Positions 18,006-27,503 of a DNA stretch of 64,000 nt are shown here, in pieces (within the stretch, counting starts at the first letter, position 1; each line of letters opens with the position of its first letter). The notes under the pieces are model-generated. The model searched no databases. It was not told where the DNA came from and saw only the letters and a program-made list of their open reading frames with translations. Source of the stretch: an uncultured Chloroflexia bacterium (GTDB lineage: Bacteria > Chloroflexota > Anaerolineae > Anaerolineales > UBA4823). The translations under genes were made by a program, and so were the position numbers. The DNA is taken from positions 6,725-70,724 of the forward strand of contig CAWEKR010000002.1 in assembly GCA_963809615.1 (NCBI GenBank). Reading direction: 5' to 3'.

Positions 18006-19520
18006 TTACGGAGGACCGGATACACTGATAAAGATACACGCTTCAGCGTCTTGATACACCTTCTTCCAATCGCTGGATCCTTCCGCTGTCTTGACCAATG
18101 CTGGCTGATCTACCGGACTTAACATCAAAATATTTGCCCCATAATCAGCTAATTGGGTTTGCCAATCCCCTTCCGCATTGCTGATTTTTAGATAATCCAT
18201 CCACACATTCTCTGGGAATAATTCGATCCGGGAATCAACAAACACCTGGTAGTGCGGATAAGCAGCCCAAATAAGATAACTCCCGAAGGACATGGAATTG
18301 AACAAGCGACCAGGCAGTTTTTCATCTAACAGGAATTGGGTTGCCTTGACCGGCGTTTCTGCCGAGATTAATCCGGCCTTGTTAGCAGGGAAAGGCAAGG
18401 CACTCTTCAGCCATGGGAGCGAGATCACTCCCATCAAGAGGACCACCGATACAAATATAACATTAAGAAGACGAGAACCTTCCTGGTTGGTGGGTTTTTT
18501 ATCAGCTCTTCGGTAGCGATTGACGATCGCAGCTGCGTGATCGACAACAATCGGAGCCATTACCAAACCAAACCAGACAATCCCGCGCGAGGTGCGTAAG
18601 GAGAGGATCCCAAACACAAGAAAGGTAGAAATTTGGAAGAAATCTGGTCGCTTGGGAGATAACACCAATAATATTGCGCAACCAATCAGCGCACAAAAGA
18701 ACAGTGCTCCCATCCAGCTCCCGAGTGTTGGTGGAGCCCATTCGGTGACTAGATTTTGTACCACGCTATTGCTGGTGAGCGTTCGCAGGTAATTAATGAT
18801 CCCCAACCCGCGCGGGTTCAACAGACATATCCCAGCCATCACCCCAAGCAGGATCCCTGGGACTAGTATCGATTTTACCTCAACCATTTGCTTAAGGAAA
18901 ATTCGCCGCCGCATGGCCGTCCAAATTTCCTGACCCCACCAGATAGCAACGAATACCAGCCCGATAATAAATGTCCCGTGACTGTTGACCCAAATCAACA
19001 TACAAACCGGGAGGGGAACCAGCCAGCCCCAATGAGAATTATTCCTGTACTCGTATATCGCCAGGAGAATAATGCTTGCCAGTAAAAAAGTGATCGCTTG
19101 TGGGCGGACATTCCAATCGTTCAAGCCGAGAGCCGCGGCGAACAAAACCCCTCCTGCAGCAATGCGCCAATTATTCGACGTAAGTTTACAGGTCCACAAG
19201 AGAAGCGTATACGCGCAGGTGATCGTCAGACTTTGGATAAAAATGACTAAAGCCGGACCACCCAGTTTATAAATCCCATACAGTGCGATCTCCATCAACC
19301 AAAACATTTGGTAAGATGGATAGGCTTGACCCGCCTCAGTATACGAATACACATCAACGGTTGGGATGGTTCCGTTATTGAGTATTTCCTTACCGACTGC
19401 GATATGCCACCAGAAGTCATATGGGCGAATTGGGTGGGTATTGACAAACACAAAAATCCCCGTCAATACGACGAGTCCCCATAAATGTTCGATCGTAAAG
19501 TGAAATTTAATACAACTCAC
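18006..19520 (-). CDS. Uncharacterised GT-C-like polytopic membrane protein (DFWWH family), paralog of 13323-14858
   Basis: PYDFWWHIAVG, VRPQ, WVNSHG, LNPR, TEWAP, LFNSMSFGSY, FVDSRIELFP; exact start uncertain. Confidence 0.65.
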   Translation of the reverse strand: MSCIKFHFTIEHLWGLVVLTGIFVFVNTHPIRPYDFWWHIAVGKEILNNGTIPTVDVYSYTEAGQAYPSYQMFWLMEIALYGIYKLGGPALVIFIQSLTITCAYTLLLWTCKLTSNNWRIAAGGVLFAAALGLNDWNVRPQAITFLLASIILLAIYEYRNNSHWGWLVPLPVCMLIWVNSHGTFIIGLVFVAIWWGQEIWTAMRRRIFLKQMVEVKSILVPGILLGVMAGICLLNPRGLGIINYLRTLTSNSVVQNLVTEWAPPTLGSWMGALFFCALIGCAILLVLSPKRPDFFQISTFLVFGILSLRTSRGIVWFGLVMAPIVVDHAAAIVNRYRRADKKPTNQEGSRLLNVIFVSVVLLMGVISLPWLKSALPFPANKAGLISAETPVKATQFLLDEKLPGRLFNSMSFGSYLIWAAYPHYQVFVDSRIELFPENVWMDYLKISNAEGDWQTQLADYGANILMLSPVDQPALVKTAEGSSDWKKVYQDAEACIFISVSGPP

Positions 19521-20754
19521 CGAGGTTCAGCTCCTGCGCCAGTAGTCTCCTCGGTTTTATTGCCCACCAGCGCACCCAATACAGGCCAATGAGCAATACT
19601 AAAGGAAGTGGAATGATCAAGTTTAGCTGCATTCCTGGCTGCGCACCAGTAATATCCAACCAAAATATTGCCCATTGCCATACAAACAGGATGGCGCACA
19701 TGAGCACGGCTGCCCAATCCCCTCCCCTGGGCCATCGTTCTGATAGCATCGTTGAAATCAAGATAAGCGGTAGGATTAGTCCGGCAAAATTTGCTGGTAT
19801 GGTTGGGATCCCTATCCACTGGCTGATTACCATGGTTAAACAAACCGTCCACAGGTACCAGCGAAAATCCTTCTTCAATGCCATCCACCATTCAAAAAGA
19901 AGGATCAATAGCGATCCTGCACTAACCAGCCAGCCAAGCTGTTTTCCCAGCCCTGGCCATGAATTCGTGAATAGGGTCCCTGGAGATCCAGGAGGGAAAT
20001 TTTGCTGAAATTTGATCAAGATGCGGAGATATTGAAGGATCCAATCAGGGACGAGAAACAATCCTATGATGGAGATAAATCCAAGGGTTATAAAAAACCA
20101 CACAATTAATATTTTTCTCCTTTGAGATGCTGCCCAGATGACGCTGAAAAATATGGGTAGGAGCACCATTTGAGGTTGGCAGGCTGAAAAGGCGAATAAT
20201 ATTCCCGCCATTTCATTTCGGTTTTGTTGCATTGCCTGGAGTGCCAGTAGCAGGAATAAGGCTGCCCAAATCGATAGCCCCCCGTCCAGCCAGGGTATCA
20301 CGACATGGTAGCTAAATAGAGTAAAAAAAGAAAGCAACAAGAAAATATACCATGCTGGTTTCCAATTGGTTAATTTTATGCTCAGTAATAGAATGGCGAA
20401 TATCGCCAGCAGCTGAAAGCTTAACCATAACGCATGAGCGAGATTTTTATTCGCGATCAATGCAAAAGGGAATACCAACGCTCCTGAATATAAGGGAGAA
20501 GTGTATCTCGGGGCGGAACCTTGGGCAAAACTATTTTCTTTATTCACACTTCCTTGGATTTTCACCGTTACTGGATCACTATATGGGCTCTCGCCGTTGG
20601 TGACCAGCGAATGGATGCTTATCCACTGGATAAAAAAGCCTTCACCAGATACGTTGTGCTCAGAAAACTGATAATTTCCCCACACTAATCCAATCAGCAC
20701 CACGATGAATAATAAGATTACGAGTATGCTGGCCACAGAGCGTGATTGATTCAA
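19507..20754 (-). CDS. Divergent GT87/DUF2029-like membrane protein
   Basis: Same TM layout as 12122-13315 (G.SPY, SPLY.., A.ALW, QPQ) but several motifs altered; TTG start with GGAGG RBS. Confidence 0.6.
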   Translation of the reverse strand: MNQSRSVASILVILLFIVVLIGLVWGNYQFSEHNVSGEGFFIQWISIHSLVTNGESPYSDPVTVKIQGSVNKENSFAQGSAPRYTSPLYSGALVFPFALIANKNLAHALWLSFQLLAIFAILLLSIKLTNWKPAWYIFLLLSFFTLFSYHVVIPWLDGGLSIWAALFLLLALQAMQQNRNEMAGILFAFSACQPQMVLLPIFFSVIWAASQRRKILIVWFFITLGFISIIGLFLVPDWILQYLRILIKFQQNFPPGSPGTLFTNSWPGLGKQLGWLVSAGSLLILLFEWWMALKKDFRWYLWTVCLTMVISQWIGIPTIPANFAGLILPLILISTMLSERWPRGGDWAAVLMCAILFVWQWAIFWLDITGAQPGMQLNLIIPLPLVLLIGLYWVRWWAIKPRRLLAQELNLGELY

Positions 20755-21241
20755 GTCTCCTCCACCGATGGTTGGAGTATACCGTCAAATAATTGGATTT
20801 ACAACATGGTAAGTTTATCCATATTTAGCTATTCGAAAATGGGATTATTAGCTATGATTATATTGTCATCCAATCGACGTAAATAATTTGGAATAGACCA
20901 TAGGAAATGGATTTATTCTTTATGAAACCGGGGCGTCTTTTTTATTCCATCATAACCACGGTTATCATGGTTAGCTAATTCTCTCCAATTTCAGGGCTGA
21001 AAGCGATCGTCTTAGCTCCACCTTTACAAGAATCGGTCAGCACTCGTTATACTCCCACCTCGATCTATACCATTAACCGGGCGTATTATTGGAGAGTTGC
21101 CATCAGAGATTTTGGAGCAAACCAGGGGCCGTATTCCAGCGCGAGTTTTATCCTCGGAAATATATATTCGGCATTCTTGCCTGTAATCCAGCGCTAGCCA
21201 ACTTCCTCAGGCTGGGGACTGAACCGGTCTCCGCATTTTTA

Positions 21242-22258
21242 TCATAGCTTGGGTGGGGGTTCGTAATGCTGTTGAAGCTGTTCTGGAGCGATCCCGCGCG
21301 TTTCGATCCGCATTGCCTGACCGATTCCTGCCCATGCTGCTCCAGACAGATAGGGAATCGTATCAATTGAGAAGCCCATCAGTTGGGTGCAAATAACATC
21401 CACTGCCAGAGGGTCACTACCAGCAGCCAGTAACCCATGCTGAACCGCTTTTCCGAACAAGGGCCCATTCCCTTCCATGCCAACGATACCATCGATCACA
21501 GATATCACCGGCGGGAGCGATTGGTATAGCCCAAGGATTGTGGCACTGATCCCATTGACATGGATTATATTTTTAGGCCAGCCATACCTGGATCCAGGGA
21601 TGATTCCCAGCAGGTTTTTTATGCTCAGGGTCACACCCGCCCAATGATGGGCTTTTAGTTTAGGAACCGAGAGAATGTAATCGGCATCAATCACGTGCCG
21701 TGGGAGCCATAAAAGATCCGTATCTCTGATCCATCCATCGCGGGCTTTTACAGGGATGAGATCGTCGTAGTTCAGATCGATAAAAGGAATTCCATGTAAG
21801 TCCAGTTCCTCGATTAATCCGGTGTTCTTTGCCACTGAAAAGGTATCTCGCCGAAAGGCAGAACCATCTCCGACCACTACCTGCCCAGCACCCAATTCCG
21901 CGAGCAGTCCCAATACTGCACCCACGATTTTCGGGTTGGTGGAAGCCAGGTTGTTATCAACCTGGTCAATTAAGTTCGGCTTTACCAGGATGCTCTTACC
22001 GCGCAAATCGGGCATTGCGGATAGGTCCCATAAGTTTCGAAGGTACGAAGGCAAATCCTCCTCATAACTGGAACACTTCCCAAGTCCCACAATCGCCGGG
22101 GGTTTTAGTTTTTGTTCCTGCCCGCGCAGGGTCCAACGGATGAAATTTAGCATCCCCATTCCAGCTGTCTGGTGCTGAACATACGCCAAACCGGCGCCAA
22201 TTCCTCCCAGGAGCGATAACCGGATGAATGCGCGCCGGCTGACATTCAGTTTTGTCAT
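21242..22258 (-). CDS. DUF362 domain protein with twin-arginine signal
   Basis: SRRAFIR followed by a hydrophobic stretch; VKPNL, VPKLKAH..AGVTLSIKN, DGIVGMEGNGP, DPLAVD. Confidence 0.8.
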   Translation of the reverse strand: MTKLNVSRRAFIRLSLLGGIGAGLAYVQHQTAGMGMLNFIRWTLRGQEQKLKPPAIVGLGKCSSYEEDLPSYLRNLWDLSAMPDLRGKSILVKPNLIDQVDNNLASTNPKIVGAVLGLLAELGAGQVVVGDGSAFRRDTFSVAKNTGLIEELDLHGIPFIDLNYDDLIPVKARDGWIRDTDLLWLPRHVIDADYILSVPKLKAHHWAGVTLSIKNLLGIIPGSRYGWPKNIIHVNGISATILGLYQSLPPVISVIDGIVGMEGNGPLFGKAVQHGLLAAGSDPLAVDVICTQLMGFSIDTIPYLSGAAWAGIGQAMRIETRGIAPEQLQQHYEPPPKL

Positions 22259-23116
22259 TTACAAATAGCCTCGTAATGCCATGCTCGCCCATGCAGTGAA
22301 GAACGGATTATCGTCCCAACTTCCATTCGATTGTTGGCGCTGCATGATCGAAGTAATCAAAACCGGGTCATTCCCCTCTAAGGTTCGAATCGCCAGGTAC
22401 CCACTCGATTGGGCCAGGATGCTTGGATCTCCGCCCATGTCCTGACGAAGTGCCGATAGATCAATGCTTTGGATCTCCTGTTTTGCGTTTTCGGCCAGCG
22501 CAAACAGCACCAACGCGGTCGGGTAGGCCCTTGGACGAACGATGGTATCTAAAGGGCCGGCATTACCATGATCCCAACCTCCACTCGGGGTGCGGTATTT
22601 TCGAAAATATTGCAGGGCACCGTTCATTCTGGCATCTGCCAGCTGAGAATCGGCAATCCCTCCAAGCGCTAAGAGGGCTGACGCAGTCGGTTCTATCCAT
22701 CCGCCTTGCTCTGGTAACCAAGGCCAGATGAAAGCGGTAACACTGTCACTCAAAGGTACTTCAGGTTTTTTGAATTCCTGCTGGGAGATCTCAGAGTTGC
22801 CGACAGATACCAGCCAATCCACAGCCTTGGCGATGGCGGCATCGTTTTGGGTGGTATGCCTGAGAGCGATCAGCGCCCACGCAGTTTGCCAGCCACTTTC
22901 GGCATCCGCCTCATTGATCCCCCATCCCCCATCCCGATGTTGGATCTGAAGGATCCAAGCTATTCCCTTTTGATACGAATCGATCGCTTGCGGCTCATCG
23001 CGGATCGCGAGCAGCACTGCCGCGGTCGGTTCAACCACTGGTCTTTGCCCGAAAGCATATCCCCAACCACCCGTCGCATGTTGAGCAGAGATTAAGTAGT
23101 TAATCGATGAAATCAC
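22259..23116 (-). CDS. Prenyltransferase/squalene-cyclase (QW) repeat alpha-alpha barrel protein
   Basis: Repeats QHATGGWG, QHRDGGWG, RTPSGGWD, QQSNGSWD and EPTA..LLA; no DxDD motif seen; stop abuts the DUF362 ATG. Confidence 0.75.
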   Translation of the reverse strand: MISSINYLISAQHATGGWGYAFGQRPVVEPTAAVLLAIRDEPQAIDSYQKGIAWILQIQHRDGGWGINEADAESGWQTAWALIALRHTTQNDAAIAKAVDWLVSVGNSEISQQEFKKPEVPLSDSVTAFIWPWLPEQGGWIEPTASALLALGGIADSQLADARMNGALQYFRKYRTPSGGWDHGNAGPLDTIVRPRAYPTALVLFALAENAKQEIQSIDLSALRQDMGGDPSILAQSSGYLAIRTLEGNDPVLITSIMQRQQSNGSWDDNPFFTAWASMALRGYL

Positions 23117-23176
23117 GCGATTTTTATCTATTAATCAGCCAGGGGTAGAGCATCCACTGGCTAGTCAGGTGATTTT

Positions 23177-24403
23177 TTATCCCAGGTACTCCCGCAGCCT
23201 GCGGCGGATTGCAGGGTGTCGCAAGCGGCTGAGAGCTTGTGCTTCGATTTGCCGGACACGTTCGCGCGTAACGCCCATCTTTCGCCCAACTTCTTCCAGG
23301 GTATACGCCTGTCCATCTAGCAGTCCATAGCGTAATTGCAAGATGCGCACTTCGCGCGGAGGTAATCCGTTCAACACGACATCCAGGTGCTCGCGCAATA
23401 AATTGTAGGTTGCAGTTTCATCCGGTGCAGGCACCTCTTCATCTTGGATAAAATCACCCAGGACAGAATCTTCTTCGTCATCCGTTGGGGTTTCCAAGGA
23501 TAGGGGACGGCGTGCCACCTGGATCATATTCTCAACTTTTTGCGGAGTAACCTCCAGTGCTTCGGCAAGCTCATCCACACTTGGGTCACGTCCTAAGCGT
23601 TGGGTGAGCTGGTGCTGTACCCTGAGCAGTTTATTGATTTGATCACCCATATGGACGGGAACACGGATCGTCCGTCCCTGGTCCGCGATGGCGCGGGTTA
23701 CTGCCTGGCGGATCCACCACGTAGCATATGTGCTGAACTTGTGCCCACGGCGGTAATCAAATTTCTTGGCTGCCCGGATCAAGCCGATATTCCCTTCCTG
23801 GATCAAGTCAAGGAACGGCACACCTCGACCCATATATTTCTTGGCAACGCTGATCACCAGGCGTGAGTTTGCCGTGATCAGGTGCTCACGGGCGAGCCAG
23901 CCATCTTCGATGTGCATCTGAAGCTCACCCCGCCGTCGGAGGCTGATATTCCCCCTCGCCAATTCTTCGCGTGCCAATCGACCTTGTTCGATCCGCTTTG
24001 CCAGCGTAACTTCCTCTTCAGCGGTCAAAAGCGGTACACGCCCAACCTCCTTTAAGTAAAGTCCGATCGTATCGTCAGTGTCGATATTGGCCAGGTAGTT
24101 ATCATCCACCGCAGCGGCGCGGTGGGTTTCCTCTTCTACTTCTTCTTCAACCGCCGTGATCTCGTCTTCTGTTGGCGCACCTACAGTCACGTCATCTACA
24201 TAAGGTATCCCGGCAGAGATTAATGCCGCGAAGGCTTCTTCCAGCTGGTCGACATCCTGCTCGGCTTCTGGAAAGAAGCTCAAGATATCATCGATGGTCA
24301 CAAAGGATTTCTGCCTACCCAGCTCAATCAGCCTGGACAGGGCAGGATGTTCATCCTCTCGATTTGCTATTGCATTAATTAATTCTTCATCAATCATTTT
24401 CAC
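23177..24403 (-). CDS. rpoD: RNA polymerase sigma-70 factor, RpoD type
   Basis: Region 1.1-like acidic N-terminus, [45 protein letters not shown]. May be one of several RpoD paralogs. Confidence 0.88.
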   Translation of the reverse strand: MKMIDEELINAIANREDEHPALSRLIELGRQKSFVTIDDILSFFPEAEQDVDQLEEAFAALISAGIPYVDDVTVGAPTEDEITAVEEEVEEETHRAAAVDDNYLANIDTDDTIGLYLKEVGRVPLLTAEEEVTLAKRIEQGRLAREELARGNISLRRRGELQMHIEDGWLAREHLITANSRLVISVAKKYMGRGVPFLDLIQEGNIGLIRAAKKFDYRRGHKFSTYATWWIRQAVTRAIADQGRTIRVPVHMGDQINKLLRVQHQLTQRLGRDPSVDELAEALEVTPQKVENMIQVARRPLSLETPTDDEEDSVLGDFIQDEEVPAPDETATYNLLREHLDVVLNGLPPREVRILQLRYGLLDGQAYTLEEVGRKMGVTRERVRQIEAQALSRLRHPAIRRRLREYLG

Positions 24404-24513
24404 TCCCTAACCGGCTTGATCACCGGAGTAGGAACCATTACGGTCCTACTCAGAATACACTTTTTTTCATTGAAAATCAAGTACCAATTCATAGTCATGC
24501 CATCCACCATTCC

Positions 24514-25125
24514 TTAAGGGGTAGGGGTGTTTACAGATTCAGGTGCAATCGGTGTGCCCGTTCCCTCCGGGGTGGCTGTCGCAAGGAGGGGTGGCTCTTT
24601 GAGTAGCTTCAACACATCATCCATGCTCACATTGTCCACGATCACAACCGGACCAGCATCCACCCGTAGATAATAGCCTGTCCCGATTGCAGACAGGGAG
24701 CCGACATCGGTGATGATCTGGTTTCCATCGGATGTCTTCAGGGTGATCGTATACGCAGGGTTAGCCAATCCGATTGATTCCAGGGGCGGGGATTGCGGAA
24801 GAGATTCCATTACCTGCATGGAAAGGAGCTGCGAGCTGACCGATTCGATTTGAAAGGAATCTGCTTGAGCAGCAGGGTAATCTTTGATGACCCAATTTGT
24901 CGACCCAGGATCACGAATAAAATCAATGGATTCTCCGCTGCTGCTGGAAATCATTATTTCTACTACCTGAGAATTGGTTAAATTGAACAGTTTTTCTGCG
25001 GTAGCGATCGGAGTAGCGCTGGCAGGATTCACGTTTTTTTGTGTCTGGTGACGAGTAAATAACAAGGCAAACAATACCAACGCACCAAAAACGATCAGCA
25101 GGATCCACGTTGTACGGCGCACCAT
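24514..25125 (-). CDS. DUF4340-like membrane-anchored protein
   Basis: N-terminal TM, GLANP..TITL..DG...VG...GYY pattern; last gene of the Gld-like ABC module. Confidence 0.65.
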   Translation of the reverse strand: MVRRTTWILLIVFGALVLFALLFTRHQTQKNVNPASATPIATAEKLFNLTNSQVVEIMISSSSGESIDFIRDPGSTNWVIKDYPAAQADSFQIESVSSQLLSMQVMESLPQSPPLESIGLANPAYTITLKTSDGNQIITDVGSLSAIGTGYYLRVDAGPVVIVDNVSMDDVLKLLKEPPLLATATPEGTGTPIAPESVNTPTP

Positions 25126-25130
25126 GGGCC

Positions 25131-26705
25131 CTAACCCCTTCGCCTTCTTGCGACATAGGTCCCCACCCCTGCAACCAGGACAATTCCTGGTAGAACGACC
25201 AGGGAACCCAATAAGATCATCCCCATGGTGTATGTTTTGGGCTGAACTAAAGTCCGCGCAACGCTGGTTTTAGACGTCAAACTGATCAAATTATCTTCTT
25301 TTGCCGCCCAATCGATGGAATTCATCATCATTTCACCATTTCCATAGAATCCATAATAGGTATTCGTGGCAAAGTCGGAATCTCCAAACACAACCAGGCG
25401 GGCATTGTTCGTATTTCCGGATGCGGCGACAGCAAGTGGCACAGGACCGGCTAAATCGACCCCATTATCAAATTTTACAGTGTTATCTTTGATCGAAGCC
25501 ATATCCGTCTCACCCCAGGACTGGTCCACAGTATTAATTAATACAGTTTTAGCGTAATCCGTGCCAACAGCATTATCTGCGGATACACTTCTGGCGTTTT
25601 GGAAACCTGTGCCCATTGTGTTCATTTTTGAAGTGATCGCATGCGTGGCGTATTGGTATCCAACGGCGAAATATGGATTCTGAAATGCCTGGTATCCATA
25701 TACGTCAACGACGACATTATCTCCCAATACAATCCCGTAATTCTGAGCCAGGTCATTTTCCAGGGGGTCTGGAGAAGCTCCGAATTGGGTATCGATCGGG
25801 GGGTCTTCCATGACGATCACCGAGCCACCGTTCTTAATATAGGTATCTAACAAGCCCACCTCCGCATCGCTAAGCGGCTTCTTCGGTCCATCGATCACGA
25901 TGACGCTGGCGTCTTGGGGGATCTGCAACACCGCCAGCAAGTTCAAGGTCGACACCTTGTAATTCTTGGCTCCGAGGTCGGTGGCTAACTGAGTGTAGGA
26001 TTGTTCACCCCCGCCGGTGATGGGATACTCCCCATGACCGGTCAGGAAATACACGACATGTGTCCCCGGGTTCATCAACCTCACCATCGCCCCGGTGACA
26101 TCCGATTCCGAGACGCTCGTAACAGGCTGTTTCGATGCTCCCATGTAGAGCACGATGGTGCCATCCGTGCTAATCCCGGCCTGCTGGGCAGCGACTGGAT
26201 CCTTGTTCGGATCGATAAATTCATATTGGAATTTTCCACCGCCATCATAGACATACTGGTCCAACAAGGATTTCGCACTCTCTTTAGATGATGCTACCGC
26301 CGAATTCGTGGTATAGAACGCCTTCGCCACGACATTTTCTGGCAGGCTTTTCAATACGTCGACTGTCTCTTTTGCCAGGGTATTCGATTTATCCTCAGTC
26401 AAATCCCAACGCTTGGTATTTTTATATGCCAGGAAATTGATCACCACCAGGATGCCCAGGAAAGCAATGGTTAGGATCAGGGCATTGCTTCCGTATTTTG
26501 CCTGGCGACCCGTCAGGGCATTACGAATTGCCCCTGGATCCATCGCAACGAAAACTGCCAGACCAATGAAAAACACTCCCAGGCAAATCTGTACCGCCAG
26601 GTTCCATTGGCGTTGAATAATATACACACCTGCAGCAGCTAACAAAGCGAGGATGGAAACGATCAATGCTCCCCATCGAATGATCTGACGCCATTTGGTG
26701 TTCAT
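25131..26705 (-). CDS. GldG-like ABC transporter auxiliary component
   Basis: RWDLTEDK.NTL, EFIDP, VYFLTGHGE, RLVVFGDSDF, N..DW, C-terminal TM; TAATG overlap with the upstream permease. Confidence 0.85.
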   Translation of the reverse strand: MNTKWRQIIRWGALIVSILALLAAAGVYIIQRQWNLAVQICLGVFFIGLAVFVAMDPGAIRNALTGRQAKYGSNALILTIAFLGILVVINFLAYKNTKRWDLTEDKSNTLAKETVDVLKSLPENVVAKAFYTTNSAVASSKESAKSLLDQYVYDGGGKFQYEFIDPNKDPVAAQQAGISTDGTIVLYMGASKQPVTSVSESDVTGAMVRLMNPGTHVVYFLTGHGEYPITGGGEQSYTQLATDLGAKNYKVSTLNLLAVLQIPQDASVIVIDGPKKPLSDAEVGLLDTYIKNGGSVIVMEDPPIDTQFGASPDPLENDLAQNYGIVLGDNVVVDVYGYQAFQNPYFAVGYQYATHAITSKMNTMGTGFQNARSVSADNAVGTDYAKTVLINTVDQSWGETDMASIKDNTVKFDNGVDLAGPVPLAVAASGNTNNARLVVFGDSDFATNTYYGFYGNGEMMMNSIDWAAKEDNLISLTSKTSVARTLVQPKTYTMGMILLGSLVVLPGIVLVAGVGTYVARRRRG

Positions 26706-27445
26706 TAGCGCCACCGCCTCATTTCGACAGCCACCGTTCCAAGGAATAGAGCCAGGGAGGTCAGGCTCAAATAATAGACGACATCACTAAGGTTAATGGT
26801 TCCCTGGAAAAAACTATAGAAATGGTCAATATATCCGAAATAGGTCAATAAGGTATTGCCCAACCCTCCACTCGAACCTGCGATTTGCGACACGAACCAC
26901 AAAAACAAGACAACCAGTAAGCTGACGAAGAAAGTCACAATTTGATTACTGAAAAGGGATGATATGAACACGCCGATCGCGATCAGGCTGGCAACCATTA
27001 AGAATAAACCGAGATAACCTGTTAGCAACAACCCCTGGTCAATCCCCGGCTTGACCAGAAAATTCAAAACGATCGGGTAGATCCAGGTCACCGCCAGCAG
27101 GGTGAGCATGAATAAAAATGCCCCCAGCCATTTTCCCACCACCAGCTCCCAATCCTTGACCGGAGCGGTCAACAACAATTCCATCGTGCCCATACGCAGT
27201 TCCTCAGAAATCGTGCGCATGGTTACCGCTGGCATCACAAATAACAATAATGTCACCATGGGGCTGATCACGATTTGCACACTGGGTGCTGCAGAGGTAT
27301 AGGCTGCCTGGAGGATGGCCCCCCGCAGGTTTACATAGAAAAATATCCCCAGCAGGAGCATAAAAAAGAAAACAACGATGTAAGCCACCGGACTGCCGAA
27401 ATAGTACTTATATTCTCTCCGGGCAATTATCCACACATTTCGCAT
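26705..27445 (-). CDS. GldF-like ABC-2 permease
   Basis: RREYKYYFGSPVAY, TMRTISEELRMGTMELLLTAPV, VVGKW, NQIV; start MRNVW at 27445. Confidence 0.85.
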   Translation of the reverse strand: MRNVWIIARREYKYYFGSPVAYIVVFFFMLLLGIFFYVNLRGAILQAAYTSAAPSVQIVISPMVTLLLFVMPAVTMRTISEELRMGTMELLLTAPVKDWELVVGKWLGAFLFMLTLLAVTWIYPIVLNFLVKPGIDQGLLLTGYLGLFLMVASLIAIGVFISSLFSNQIVTFFVSLLVVLFLWFVSQIAGSSGGLGNTLLTYFGYIDHFYSFFQGTINLSDVVYYLSLTSLALFLGTVAVEMRRWR

Positions 27446-27503
27446 GAATCCCTTCCTTGATCCAAATATCGATCTATACAATCCAAGATTTCACTGTTGA
27501 ATG

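Noticed and set aside
20755-21241. About 490-bp AT-rich gap inside the modification cluster
   Set aside because: No convincing ORF, repeat or hairpin found by eye; one partial match to the flp promoter box (GGGATTATTAG) is too short to support.
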